A DNA stretch of 32,000 nt from Acidianus tailed spindle virus: sequence record NC_029316.1, one strand, 5' to 3'. Every line of letters begins with the position of its first letter. The stretch's first letter is position 1. Positions 1 through 8,197 of this stretch are shown here, piece after piece. The notes beneath the pieces are model-generated. The model saw only the letters and a program-made list of their open reading frames with translations. It ran no database searches and was not told the origin of the DNA. Made by a program: the position numbers and the translations under genes.

Positions 1-394
1 TCGGATAGGACTTTATACTTGAAAATCAAGAACCGACTATATTAGATTGACAATTATGTTAGCTAACATTTTATAGAAGAGAGCAAAACTTGTGTACAGA
101 CATCATCTTACTAAAACTGGAGGGTTAAGGAGGTGGAAAACCTCGTCCTTCAGGTACTCAACAATTTTTCTCTCTTCTAATCACAGCTGTGTTTTCAAGC
201 TCTTTCCCGTACCCTGGCAAAAAGTAATATATTTTTTTATTCATAAATCTGAGGCTACTTTTGAAGTGAAAATGCACGTCAAAATTACTTTTTAAAATTT
301 TCTGTTAAATTTCTTTGACAATGCTTTTTTAAAGGCTTGTGAAAATAAGATAATTGTGAATTGGAAAATGTAAGGGCATAATGCAACTCCCTAA

Positions 395-935
395 CCCCTT
401 AGGGGGGCAGGGCACACCCCCCTAAGGCGGAATTTTTATGTGCCCCCCTGGGAGGGCGGGCGGTCAGCCCTCCAATGTGCTACCCGTAGGGGTGGCGACC
501 CTACGGGTAAAGAGCGGGGCAGTAGGGTGACTGCCCCTCCCACCGCGTAATGCCGTGGTGGGCGGTTGCCCGCAATCCCCGCACCTCGTTTCCAGTCCCC
601 GCTTGCCGTGCGGGGATGGGAACGGGGTAGGCTTACTTCTTTAGCCTAACCCTCCGAAAGCCTAAGGAGGGTAGGGCACAGCGAACCAGTATCTCTAGTG
701 CCCCAGGGGAGGGGGGACAATGCAAATACCTCCCCAACCCTCGGGGGTCTGCTCGATGAAACCGCGGGTTTTGCCCGCGGGGGAAGCGGGATGCCCCATC
801 CCGCTGGGCTGAAGCCCTGAGCCGAAGGGGAGCGTGCAGGAGGGGAAGCCACACCCCGATGGCTCCCTCCTAAGGCTCCCCGTGTTGGCTCAGCATGCCC
901 CACAAAGGGGCTGGCTGAGCGGGGTGGCTACCCGA
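395..935. other. GC-rich, hairpin-dense non-coding region (possible structured RNA or origin/recombination region)
   Basis: Strong G+C contrast with flanks and many perfect inverted repeats: 397-407/417-427 CCTTAGGGGGG/CCCCCCTAAGG; 451-457/467-473; 481-491/499-509 TACCCGTAGGG/CCCTACGGGTA; 516-522/531-537; 577-584/608-615; 649-655/666-672; 762-768/774-780; 785-792/798-805; 827-833/875-881; 887-893/913-919. Only spurious-looking antisense ORFs. Confidence 0.75.
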
Positions 936-978
936 GGGATCTTAAGTCATTTTCTTTTATTTTTTCGGGGATCTCCCC

Positions 979-1413
979 ATGGCAGAAGTTAATTCTAAAT
1001 CTAAATATGGTTCGTGTCTAATAATAACTAGGCACAAGCTTCTACCAGCACAAGAAGAAGACCTGCGTTCTATATGCGATAAAATTGAAATAAAGCCAGA
1101 ATTACCAACAAACCCACAGGAATTACAGAAGGTTGTCGAACCTTACAATACCATTGTTGGTTCGTTCCCAATACAACTACAAGTCGAAGTGCTAAAAAAC
1201 AAAAAAGCGTTGATAGTGTTTGCAATGGAGTCGCTAGGAGTTTTTGAAACGAAAGAAGAAGCAGAGCAAAAAGCATCACAATACCAAGGAAGGACTGCTA
1301 TTTTGACACCATCAAAGGAGGGAGAAAAATTCAGAGTTACCTTATACCAAGGGCTTAAGAGAATAGTAGAGATCAAAGTTATAGACGAATGGTTGATACA
1401 ACATTCAAGTTAA
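979..1413 (+). CDS. Hypothetical protein (144 aa), N-terminus with strand-TRH-helix pattern, possibly Rossmann/CARF-like
   Basis: ATG after TCGGGG leader (966-970); N-terminus CLIITRHKLLPAQEEDLRS..ELPTNPQEL. Confidence 0.85.
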   Translation: MAEVNSKSKYGSCLIITRHKLLPAQEEDLRSICDKIEIKPELPTNPQELQKVVEPYNTIVGSFPIQLQVEVLKNKKALIVFAMESLGVFETKEEAEQKASQYQGRTAILTPSKEGEKFRVTLYQGLKRIVEIKVIDEWLIQHSS

Positions 1414-1450
1414 TCTTCTTTCTTTTCTTTTTTGAATCGGGGATCTCCCA

Positions 1451-1969
1451 ATGTTCACACAAGAACTTAAAATAGGAGAAGGTAGTTTAAGATATGACAG
1501 GGTTGGAATGATGGAAATAGTGCATCCTTTTATCATTGATAGTAATAAGATTAGTATACTGTTTGTTTATGATCTAATTGAAAGAAAGTTTGTAAGTGCT
1601 TCTTACATAAATCATGAGGAAAAGACGATGAGTTTTGAGGTTGAACCAAACGACCACTCTTTGTTCGAAATATGCTGTATTAATAAGGAATGTAAATTGA
1701 GGCTATTTGATGTTCATGTGAAGACTGAGATCAGAGTTGACTATGATGGGTACGACCAGGAGGAGGTAACAGATGTTGTAGTCATTGAAAAATATAATGT
1801 TAGTTTCGATAGGGATTGGTTTAGGTCTATTAGTAACGACAGAGATACACCAGATATCATTGGGTTTGTATCAGCATATCTTATACCTTTAGATTTGCCT
1901 GAAACGAATTTCCCTTACTATAACACAAACGAAATTGCAGAAGTTATGAAGGAATTTTTTGAGATGTGA
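1451..1969 (+). CDS. Hypothetical protein (172 aa)
   Basis: Long ORF with ATG 8 nt after CGGGG leader (1438-1442). Confidence 0.85.
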   Translation: MFTQELKIGEGSLRYDRVGMMEIVHPFIIDSNKISILFVYDLIERKFVSASYINHEEKTMSFEVEPNDHSLFEICCINKECKLRLFDVHVKTEIRVDYDGYDQEEVTDVVVIEKYNVSFDRDWFRSISNDRDTPDIIGFVSAYLIPLDLPETNFPYYNTNEIAEVMKEFFEM

Positions 1970-2065
1970 CTATTTTCTTCTGTTATCAGTAATGAGGTAA
2001 AAGAGAAAATAAAACAGAAACTTAGTCAAATTAGTTAATATTTTTTTAAAAATCGGGGATGTGGA

Positions 2066-2212
2066 ATGAATTGTGTCCCTGTATTACAAAGGGCAGGATA
2101 TAATCTTAGAGGGTATTCCGCAGATACGTATTTTTATTTATCTTCAAATAGTATACAAAATGAAGAAGAATGTGTTTCTTGGCTATGGTACCTAGAAGCA
2201 AGGTATGGGTAA
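2066..2212 (+). CDS. Small hypothetical protein (48 aa, MNCVPVLQRAGYNLRGYSADTYFYLSSNSIQNEEECVSWLWYLEARYG), missing from ORF track
   Basis: ATG preceded by AAAAATCGGGGATGTGGA leader (CGGGG at 2054-2058), same layout as neighbouring genes. Confidence 0.55.
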   Translation: MNCVPVLQRAGYNLRGYSADTYFYLSSNSIQNEEECVSWLWYLEARYG

Positions 2213-2419
2213 TTTTTTAAAAAAAACGGGGGTAGTACTTTTTAATTATTTCAACAAGTCTGTTTCTATGCCCTTTTTTTCTCCTAACAAAGAATGGTAA
2301 GGCTATTCTATTTTTTTTCTCCTAAAAAAGAATGGTAATCCTCACCTATGGGAAGTCAGTGTCACATCAAAGTTAATCTTCTTCCTTTTCTTTTTTGAAT
2401 CGGGGGTGTTACAAGGAAA

Positions 2420-2635
2420 ATGGAAGTTCTTCTGAGAATAAAATTAGGTGAAAATAAGGATGAAATAATTTCTCAAATAAAAGAACAGTTGGAAGAGATT
2501 GATAATCCGATCAACGTGACCGAAAAAGAATTGGAGTTAGGTGGTGGGTGCTATGAGTTATACGTCGGTAAAAAATTTCATATTCACGTAGCAATAAAGG
2601 GCGATGAGTTGGTATTTTTGAAAGAAGATATGTGA
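2420..2635 (+). CDS. Hypothetical protein (71 aa)
   Basis: ORF with CGGGG leader at 2401-2405. Confidence 0.75.
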   Translation: MEVLLRIKLGENKDEIISQIKEQLEEIDNPINVTEKELELGGGCYELYVGKKFHIHVAIKGDELVFLKEDM

Positions 2636-2661
2636 TGACTTTTTTATCGGGGTGGTTGGAC

Positions 2662-2736
2662 GTGATAAGTCAGATAATAAAAGAACTGAAGAAGATAAAT
2701 AAGAAAAATTACGACGTTGAGTCAACGTGTCCTTAA
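2662..2736 (+). CDS. Possible micro-ORF (24 aa, GTG start)
   Basis: CGGGG leader at 2648-2652 upstream of a GTG start; very short. Confidence 0.25.
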   Translation: MISQIIKELKKINKKNYDVESTCP

Positions 2737-2770
2737 GTTAACCTTTTTAAAAAATCGGGGTCGAAGTAGT

Positions 2771-2920
2771 ATGATAATTAATGGGGATCAATTAAAAGAT
2801 ATCGTTTATGTCGTTGAGAAGCTCAAGTTAAAGTATCAGATTTTTTATATAAGCGATAAAAACGAGGCTAATAAGGAACTTCCACCTCCAGATACAGTCT
2901 ATATTTTCATTCAAAAATAA
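2771..2920 (+). CDS. Small hypothetical protein (49 aa; start moved downstream from 2717)
   Basis: ATG at 2771 follows AAAAAATCGGGG (2756-2760). Confidence 0.6.
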   Translation: MIINGDQLKDIVYVVEKLKLKYQIFYISDKNEANKELPPPDTVYIFIQK

Positions 2921-2944
2921 TTATTTTTTAAATCGGGGTTTCCT

Positions 2945-3457
2945 ATGCCCATACAACAAACACAAAGTAATTCGGATATCTATTCATTAAAAGTAGATGA
3001 GAAAACAATAGATGAACTCTTAACAAACTTAAACAACATCGAAATACCAGTTGAATATGAGCAAGTTATTCCAGTTGCATTAAAGCCACTTGGTGTACTG
3101 GGCGTGTTCGGTGTCCAAGCGACTATCAGTGCATTAGCACTTTTCAAAAAATTTGCTAAATCTATAAAATATGTGGCTACTACTGAGAGTGTAATCAGTA
3201 ATCCTAAATTTGCAATTGCAAAAAAAGTCGTTGACTTTATTACTAATTCTAATAAAGATTTGGAATTAATTGTTCTTCCAGATGAGATAACAACTAATAA
3301 TTTTGCCAATATTCTGAAGAGGTTTTCCGTTATTTTTCAACAATATAGCATGCACGTGTCAGGTATGCCAAGCGACCTATTAGCTCTAATAAGTATAGTG
3401 TCGTTGGGGCAAAAATGGATTTTCAATGTTCAAAAGAAGAAGTTTATAATTATATGA
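2945..3457 (+). CDS. Hypothetical protein (170 aa)
   Basis: Long ORF, CGGGG leader 2934-2938. Confidence 0.85.
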   Translation: MPIQQTQSNSDIYSLKVDEKTIDELLTNLNNIEIPVEYEQVIPVALKPLGVLGVFGVQATISALALFKKFAKSIKYVATTESVISNPKFAIAKKVVDFITNSNKDLELIVLPDEITTNNFANILKRFSVIFQQYSMHVSGMPSDLLALISIVSLGQKWIFNVQKKKFIII

Positions 3458-3469
3458 GAGGTGATAAAA

Positions 3470-4258
3470 ATGAGCGAAATCGTTTCAAGGTGGGATGTTT
3501 CAGAGGATCCTTTAGTTGCATCATTAAAATTGCTATATTCATTGAACATAGTATCTGCCAATGATTTAACGAAATTATGTGATGTTCTAGGGCTAGATGC
3601 TAACCAAATAATATCTAGCAAGTATCTCAGCGTAACTACGCTTATTGGGAAAATAGAGGGATTTACACCTATTGTAATTGTTGCCAATACAAAGCAGTTC
3701 GAGATTCTAATTTTTTCGTTAAGAGCAAATAAGATTAACTATAAGATTTATGATGGTAGTTTTCACAATGACGTTACGCTAATAACGCCAGCACAATTCC
3801 TTAACGCTATTGCAAACCTCAATATTCCTTTCAAAAAATTTACTATTGTGAATTTCTTCAGTAGCAGTTCTTTCGACAGTTATCTTTTTGCAGTAACCAA
3901 TTATTCCTATTATTATAAAATAGCTCTTAGCAACTATCTACCCACAAACGGAGATGTACCATCTTCATGGTTAGCTCACTATTTAAAAATGCAATCTAGA
4001 TACGTAAGTATACCGCAAGAGTTATTGCAACGGTTTAATAACGATACTGACTGGTGGAAATATCCTTGGATAAGATCTAATTCTAATAACGGAGTTGATA
4101 TTAAGAAGCTTAAGGACGTTAGCATAAGATATGGAATACCATTGCAGTTGTTAAAGTCTATATCTAGGTCTAGGGATTATGCCGAGAGAATGTTAAAATT
4201 AAACGGCTATTCCGAAGATGTCATCAACAAGGTTATTGCTGAATTATTCCCAAGTTAA
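3470..4258 (+). CDS. Hypothetical protein (~262 aa)
   Basis: Long ORF; likely ATG at 3470 (MSEIVSRW) after GAGGTGAT-like RBS. Confidence 0.85.
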   Translation: MSEIVSRWDVSEDPLVASLKLLYSLNIVSANDLTKLCDVLGLDANQIISSKYLSVTTLIGKIEGFTPIVIVANTKQFEILIFSLRANKINYKIYDGSFHNDVTLITPAQFLNAIANLNIPFKKFTIVNFFSSSSFDSYLFAVTNYSYYYKIALSNYLPTNGDVPSSWLAHYLKMQSRYVSIPQELLQRFNNDTDWWKYPWIRSNSNNGVDIKKLKDVSIRYGIPLQLLKSISRSRDYAERMLKLNGYSEDVINKVIAELFPS

Positions 4259-4284
4259 TATTCTTTTTAAAAACGGGGAGAAGT

Positions 4285-5862
4285 GTGTGGTTAGAGGAAC
4301 TTCTTAAAAAAATTGACGCTAAAGTAAGCAATTTAGGCGTTGTCATAACTGACGATTTAGCAAGAATTTTCGAAGTTAATATACAACTATTACAAGCAGA
4401 TCTAGCACAATTCCATAATTTAGCGGTAACACAACCTGCAGTTTTCGATATCCAACGTTATCCGCCAGCTCCAACAACATTCCAGTATCTGGGTTATGAT
4501 GAGAATGGCAAGGCATCAGTACAATCAATTGACGCTAATAATCTTTACGAAGCAATTAAACAATTGGCGACTTCTAGACCTGTAATTGTGAGGTATATAA
4601 TTAACTCAAAGCAAGCAGAGCTTCTCGAAAATGTTATAATTGCATTGCATACGGATACTGAGTTATATGCACAAAAACCAAGATTCCCTATCTTAATAAT
4701 AAGTAATTCATACTACTGGAAGTTCAGTGATATTCCAACGATAGAACCAGTGCCAAGCGAGGAAGACTATAATACATTGCTACAAATGGCAAAGCAAAAC
4801 TATGAGAAAGCTTATGGACTTCCAGTAAAATTACCATCAGTAGACTTAATCAAGGGGCTAACACTATGGGAAGCACAAGGTGTAATAAACTTATCAAAGA
4901 GAGTAACACCAAAAGATATAGAATTTGATGAGCAGGTAATCATGAACGAGAAAAAGGAGTTCTTCAGAAAATTAGGAGTAGAATTAATAACGCCAAGTAT
5001 CACAATGGAGGACGTTGGTGGGATGAGATTTCTAAAACAGTACATAAGCAATTACTGGATTTCGATATGGCAAAACAGAGAAATAGCAAAAGATTATGGT
5101 GTAAGACCACCTAAGGGAATACTACTATTCGGTGCACCAGGGACAGGGAAGACGTGGTTTGCCACAGCATTAGCAGGCACCTTGGGGAGACCAATGATTA
5201 AAGTAGACTTGGGTGACTTTTTGTCAAAATGGGTCGGCGAGAGCGAACAGAGAACGAAGACGTTACTTAAATATGCTGAAGTGGCAAACGCTGTAATCTT
5301 CTTTGACGAGTTTGACGCAATAGCTTCGAGAAGATCGGAAGGTGAACATGAAGTTTATAGAAGCGTCAAGAATATCTTACTGAGTTGGATGACAAGCCAG
5401 GAAAGTGCTATTGTCGTAGGGACAACTAACAGGGCATCTGACATCGATGAGGCTTTCTTAAGACCTGGCAGATTTGACGATCTATTTCCAGTGTTAACGC
5501 CGACAAGCATAGACGATATTGCAGAAATAGTAAAAATTCATGTTGAGAGAGTAAAACCAATAAAGCATAGAGAGGAGATTGATTATAAGTACGTTGCTAA
5601 GGTAATGATAGGTCTAAGACCAAATGAAATCGAAAAGATTGTAAACGATGCTAAGTTGAGGGCGTTCTTAGAGAGAAGGAAATTGAAAGCTGATGATATA
5701 ATAGCAATTGCCAAAGAAGTTAAGAGTAAAGTAGACGTTAAGAAGAGGTTAGAAGAAGAAAAGAAGTTAGTAGAGCAGATGAAAAGTTTGCCAAACGTCA
5801 AGGTTGAGGTGATCGAAGAGATTCAAAAAGAACAACAAAGCCTGGACAGTAGATGGGTTTAA
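4285..5862 (+). CDS. AAA+ ATPase, Cdc48/VCP/FtsH-like single AAA core with unusual N-terminal half
   Basis: Walker A GAPGTGKT, Walker B AVIFFDEFDAI, sensor-1 IVVGTTNR, Arg-finger region FLRPGRFD. Confidence 0.95.
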   Translation: MWLEELLKKIDAKVSNLGVVITDDLARIFEVNIQLLQADLAQFHNLAVTQPAVFDIQRYPPAPTTFQYLGYDENGKASVQSIDANNLYEAIKQLATSRPVIVRYIINSKQAELLENVIIALHTDTELYAQKPRFPILIISNSYYWKFSDIPTIEPVPSEEDYNTLLQMAKQNYEKAYGLPVKLPSVDLIKGLTLWEAQGVINLSKRVTPKDIEFDEQVIMNEKKEFFRKLGVELITPSITMEDVGGMRFLKQYISNYWISIWQNREIAKDYGVRPPKGILLFGAPGTGKTWFATALAGTLGRPMIKVDLGDFLSKWVGESEQRTKTLLKYAEVANAVIFFDEFDAIASRRSEGEHEVYRSVKNILLSWMTSQESAIVVGTTNRASDIDEAFLRPGRFDDLFPVLTPTSIDDIAEIVKIHVERVKPIKHREEIDYKYVAKVMIGLRPNEIEKIVNDAKLRAFLERRKLKADDIIAIAKEVKSKVDVKKRLEEEKKLVEQMKSLPNVKVEVIEEIQKEQQSLDSRWV

Positions 5863-5881
5863 GTTATTTGTTCTTTTTGAA

Positions 5882-5895
5882 AACACATCTGTGTT
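5882..5895. promoter_or_regulatory. Inverted repeat AACACA-TC-TGTGTT upstream of DUF1257 gene
   Basis: One of five related 14-bp sites in non-coding DNA. Confidence 0.55.
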
Positions 5896-5910
5896 TTCTC
5901 GGGGAGGTAC

Positions 5911-6297
5911 ATGTCCCATATAAGTCAACTTAAAATAGATCTCAAAAATGTAAATAAAAAAGCTTTAATGAAAGGATTACAGCTTTTAGGAATAGAAACT
6001 ATAGAAAGTAATGTCGCTGTCGATTATTATGGAAGGCAACAGCAAGTCAATGATGCACTACTAGCGTTCAAGCTAGGGAAATATCAATTTGTATTGACAA
6101 AACAGGGACAAATTGTTGGCGATTTCTGGGAATACAAAGAAGACTTTATTCAAAATACTATCAAAACAGCGATGATGGTTGCAAGCATACCAGGAGTTAA
6201 GAAAGTTAATGCGAAGATGGAAAGAAGTGGTTGGGAAGTCGAATTAGATGTAGATGAAACGTTATATAACCAACAACAACAGGCGTTGGGGTGGTAG
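5911..6297 (+). CDS. DUF1257 (Ycf35-like) family protein
   Basis: MSHISQLKIDLKN...LGI..IESNVAVDYYGRQQQVNDALLAFKLGKYQFVLTKQGQIVGDFW pattern, next to an AAA ATPase and a DUF2997-like gene; recognised from memory of the family. Confidence 0.7.
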   Translation: MSHISQLKIDLKNVNKKALMKGLQLLGIETIESNVAVDYYGRQQQVNDALLAFKLGKYQFVLTKQGQIVGDFWEYKEDFIQNTIKTAMMVASIPGVKKVNAKMERSGWEVELDVDETLYNQQQQALGW

Positions 6298-6302
6298 GTA
6301 AA

Positions 6303-6515
6303 ATGGCGAAAATAAAAATCGTTGTAAATAACGCTGAAGCTAAGATAGACTATATAGGCTTTCAAGGAAAAAGCTGTGACGTTGCGGAGCAGATTATCTT
6401 TAAGAACCTAAGGCTTAACGGTGTGAATGTAAACCTAATAAAAAGACAAAATAAACCAGAATATTACCAGGAGAGGGGTGCTGAGAGAAATGAAAATAAA
6501 GATCTTAGTCTCTGA
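6303..6515 (+). CDS. DUF2997-like small protein
   Basis: MAKIKIVVNNAEAKIDYIGFQGKSCDVAEQIIF resembles the G-x-G-K-S-C..L/T signature; start at ATG 6303 rather than 6291 likely. Confidence 0.55.
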   Translation: MAKIKIVVNNAEAKIDYIGFQGKSCDVAEQIIFKNLRLNGVNVNLIKRQNKPEYYQERGAERNENKDLSL

Positions 6516-6720
6516 TGCTCACGATTTCAACGATCTTCCTAAAGACTATCTAAAGTACGATGTAGTCGTCATGGCGAACGACAAAGTACTTCATTCAAGG
6601 AAATCTACTAAGTATATTGCTAATGTTATAGAAAATACGAAGCTTTATTGCCATAAATGCTTCCAGGTTTTTCAAAGTGAAGAGGAGTTAAAGAATCATA
6701 AGTGTGGTGATAGCAGATGA
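6490..6720 (+). CDS. Small protein with C-terminal C2HC zinc-finger-like motif
   Basis: YCHKCFQVFQSEEELKNHKCGDS; overlaps end of preceding ORF. Confidence 0.65.
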   Translation: MKIKILVSDAHDFNDLPKDYLKYDVVVMANDKVLHSRKSTKYIANVIENTKLYCHKCFQVFQSEEELKNHKCGDSR

Positions 6721-6923
6721 GCTTAATGAAAGCTGATTGGGACGACGTAGAGGAGTTAATAGAGAAGACCCTAAATGATAGGATTAGGGTTTACGACAAT
6801 TATAAGTACATGCTGATTGACGACAGCCATGTTTTAGTGAAGGTCTATGAAGACGATCAACCGATTTTCACCATTAAGTTTCAGCTTAATGGTGAAAAGT
6901 TAGAAGTTGTTGAGGCGTGGTAA
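6717..6923 (+). CDS. Hypothetical protein (68 aa)
   Basis: ORF overlapping previous stop; typical operon layout. Confidence 0.6.
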   Translation: MSLMKADWDDVEELIEKTLNDRIRVYDNYKYMLIDDSHVLVKVYEDDQPIFTIKFQLNGEKLEVVEAW

Positions 6924-6947
6924 CATGGAAAAGCGGGGCGAAGATCC

Positions 6948-7331
6948 GTGGAAAAAGAAATTAGTTTATTGTTAAAAATAATAAAATTCCTCCTAAAGAG
7001 CAAAAAGGAATTTGAGGTTACCTATGAAGAAGGTGAAGGAGAGAAGTATGAGGAGGAAGATTTCAAAAAATTTTATTCTCCTTCTATCGAGCTAGAAATT
7101 AAGAGCGAAAATGCACTCAAACACGATATTATAGAAATGTTGGAGAAAAATGGATTTTATTTGGCTAACGGAGCTGAGAATATCGATGTTTATGAAAAGG
7201 AAATATATGAAAGGACAGGGAAGAAAAGGAAGGTTGCTGTAAGGTTAGTAATCGAAGTGCATTATGATGATGATGATGTATATAAAATTGTCATTTTTGT
7301 GAAAAAATTAATATGGAGTATAAAGAGTTGA
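6948..7331 (+). CDS. Hypothetical protein (127 aa, GTG start)
   Basis: CGGGG leader 6934-6938 upstream of GTG 6948. Confidence 0.7.
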   Translation: MEKEISLLLKIIKFLLKSKKEFEVTYEEGEGEKYEEEDFKKFYSPSIELEIKSENALKHDIIEMLEKNGFYLANGAENIDVYEKEIYERTGKKRKVAVRLVIEVHYDDDDVYKIVIFVKKLIWSIKS

Positions 7332-7376
7332 CTTTCTCCACTTAATTTATTCTCTTTTTCTAATCGGGGAGGTAGT

Positions 7377-8015
7377 ATGATAAATGAGAGATGGGACACG
7401 GAGAATAGACTATCGCAGTATATCCCGCTATATCTTTTGCGATTTACTCTACCTAGCAAGTTTTTAGCTAAGGAAAGGACAAGTGTTGACAAAAAGGAAG
7501 ACTACACTAACATATTAATTACTATCAACAACGCGTTGGCATCTAAGCTAGAGTCAATAAGACGATCGGTGTACGAAGAAATAGGAAAGGGTTTTGTATA
7601 CATAGAGTTGATGGGTTGGATAGCTGTAGACGATAATGGAGTAAATCACGCTAATATTGCCAATAAGAGGATAGTTGATGAATTAACAAAGGTCGTAGAG
7701 AGCGGAAAAGTGACTTTCAGGGACGGCAGAGTTATCTTAATCCCACCACAACTCATTGAGAAATTAAGGAGAACTATAGCAAATCATTATTACGTAAAAG
7801 CGATTAGGATACTGGTAGACTATGATAACGCTAAGGAGATAATAGAGCAGGCGTTAAGTCAGCTGAGGGAAGGAATTGAGACTTTACAACAGAAAATTCA
7901 GGAAGCTGAAGCTGAGAAGAAATTAGCATCGCTCAGGAAATATCAGTCTGACAGACAAAAAATTGAAAGACTGTACGAGTCGTTTCTCGATTTCTATAAG
8001 GCTAGATTCTCCTAA
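7377..8015 (+). CDS. Hypothetical protein (212 aa)
   Basis: Long ORF, leader TCGGGGAGGT at 7364-7373. Confidence 0.85.
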   Translation: MINERWDTENRLSQYIPLYLLRFTLPSKFLAKERTSVDKKEDYTNILITINNALASKLESIRRSVYEEIGKGFVYIELMGWIAVDDNGVNHANIANKRIVDELTKVVESGKVTFRDGRVILIPPQLIEKLRRTIANHYYVKAIRILVDYDNAKEIIEQALSQLREGIETLQQKIQEAEAEKKLASLRKYQSDRQKIERLYESFLDFYKARFS

Positions 8016-8023
8016 TTTCTGTA

Positions 8024-8037
8024 ATCACACCTGTGTT
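8024..8037. promoter_or_regulatory. Inverted repeat ATCACA-CC-TGTGTT upstream of 8054 ORF
   Basis: Same motif family. Confidence 0.55.
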
Positions 8038-8053
8038 CTCGGGGTGGTGTTTT

Positions 8054-8191
8054 ATGGAAATAAGTGAAATAAATGAGCATATAAAAGAATTAGATAAATT
8101 GGTAAGTTCAGGTAACATAAAGGATGCGTTATTTTTAGTTCAAGTAATATATGCAGAGCTATACAATATATATAAGGTTTCTGTGAGGTGA
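8054..8191 (+). CDS. Small hypothetical protein (45 aa, MEISEINEHIKELDKLVSSGNIKDALFLVQVIYAELYNIYKVSVR), missing from ORF track
   Basis: ATG after TCGGGGTGGTG leader (8040-8044) and an inverted repeat (8024-8037). Confidence 0.6.
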   Translation: MEISEINEHIKELDKLVSSGNIKDALFLVQVIYAELYNIYKVSVR

Positions 8192-8197
8192 GCAAAA

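Noticed and set aside
92-295. Plus-strand 67-aa ORF near the left edge
   Set aside because: No TCGGGG leader or clear RBS, atypical composition; could instead be part of a mobile-element remnant (GGAGGTGGAAAACCTCGTCCTTCAGG) but this is too weak to call.
633-903. Two minus-strand ORFs (73 and 85 aa) in the GC-rich region
   Set aside because: Overlap each other in different frames, low-complexity Pro/Arg/Gly composition from GC-rich hairpins; more likely non-coding.
395-935. rRNA, tRNA, SRP RNA or RNase P RNA in the GC-rich region
   Set aside because: No recognisable conserved motifs of these RNAs by eye; no cloverleaf or TTCGAATC-type T-arm seen.
1070-1376. Minus-strand ORFs opposite the 979-1413 gene, and other antisense ORFs at 2980-3309, 3430-3687, 4812-5051, 5583-5801, 6150-6365, 7262-7492, 8140-8346, 13312-13524, 14316-14522
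   Set aside because: All overlap well-supported plus-strand genes with leaders; no independent evidence.
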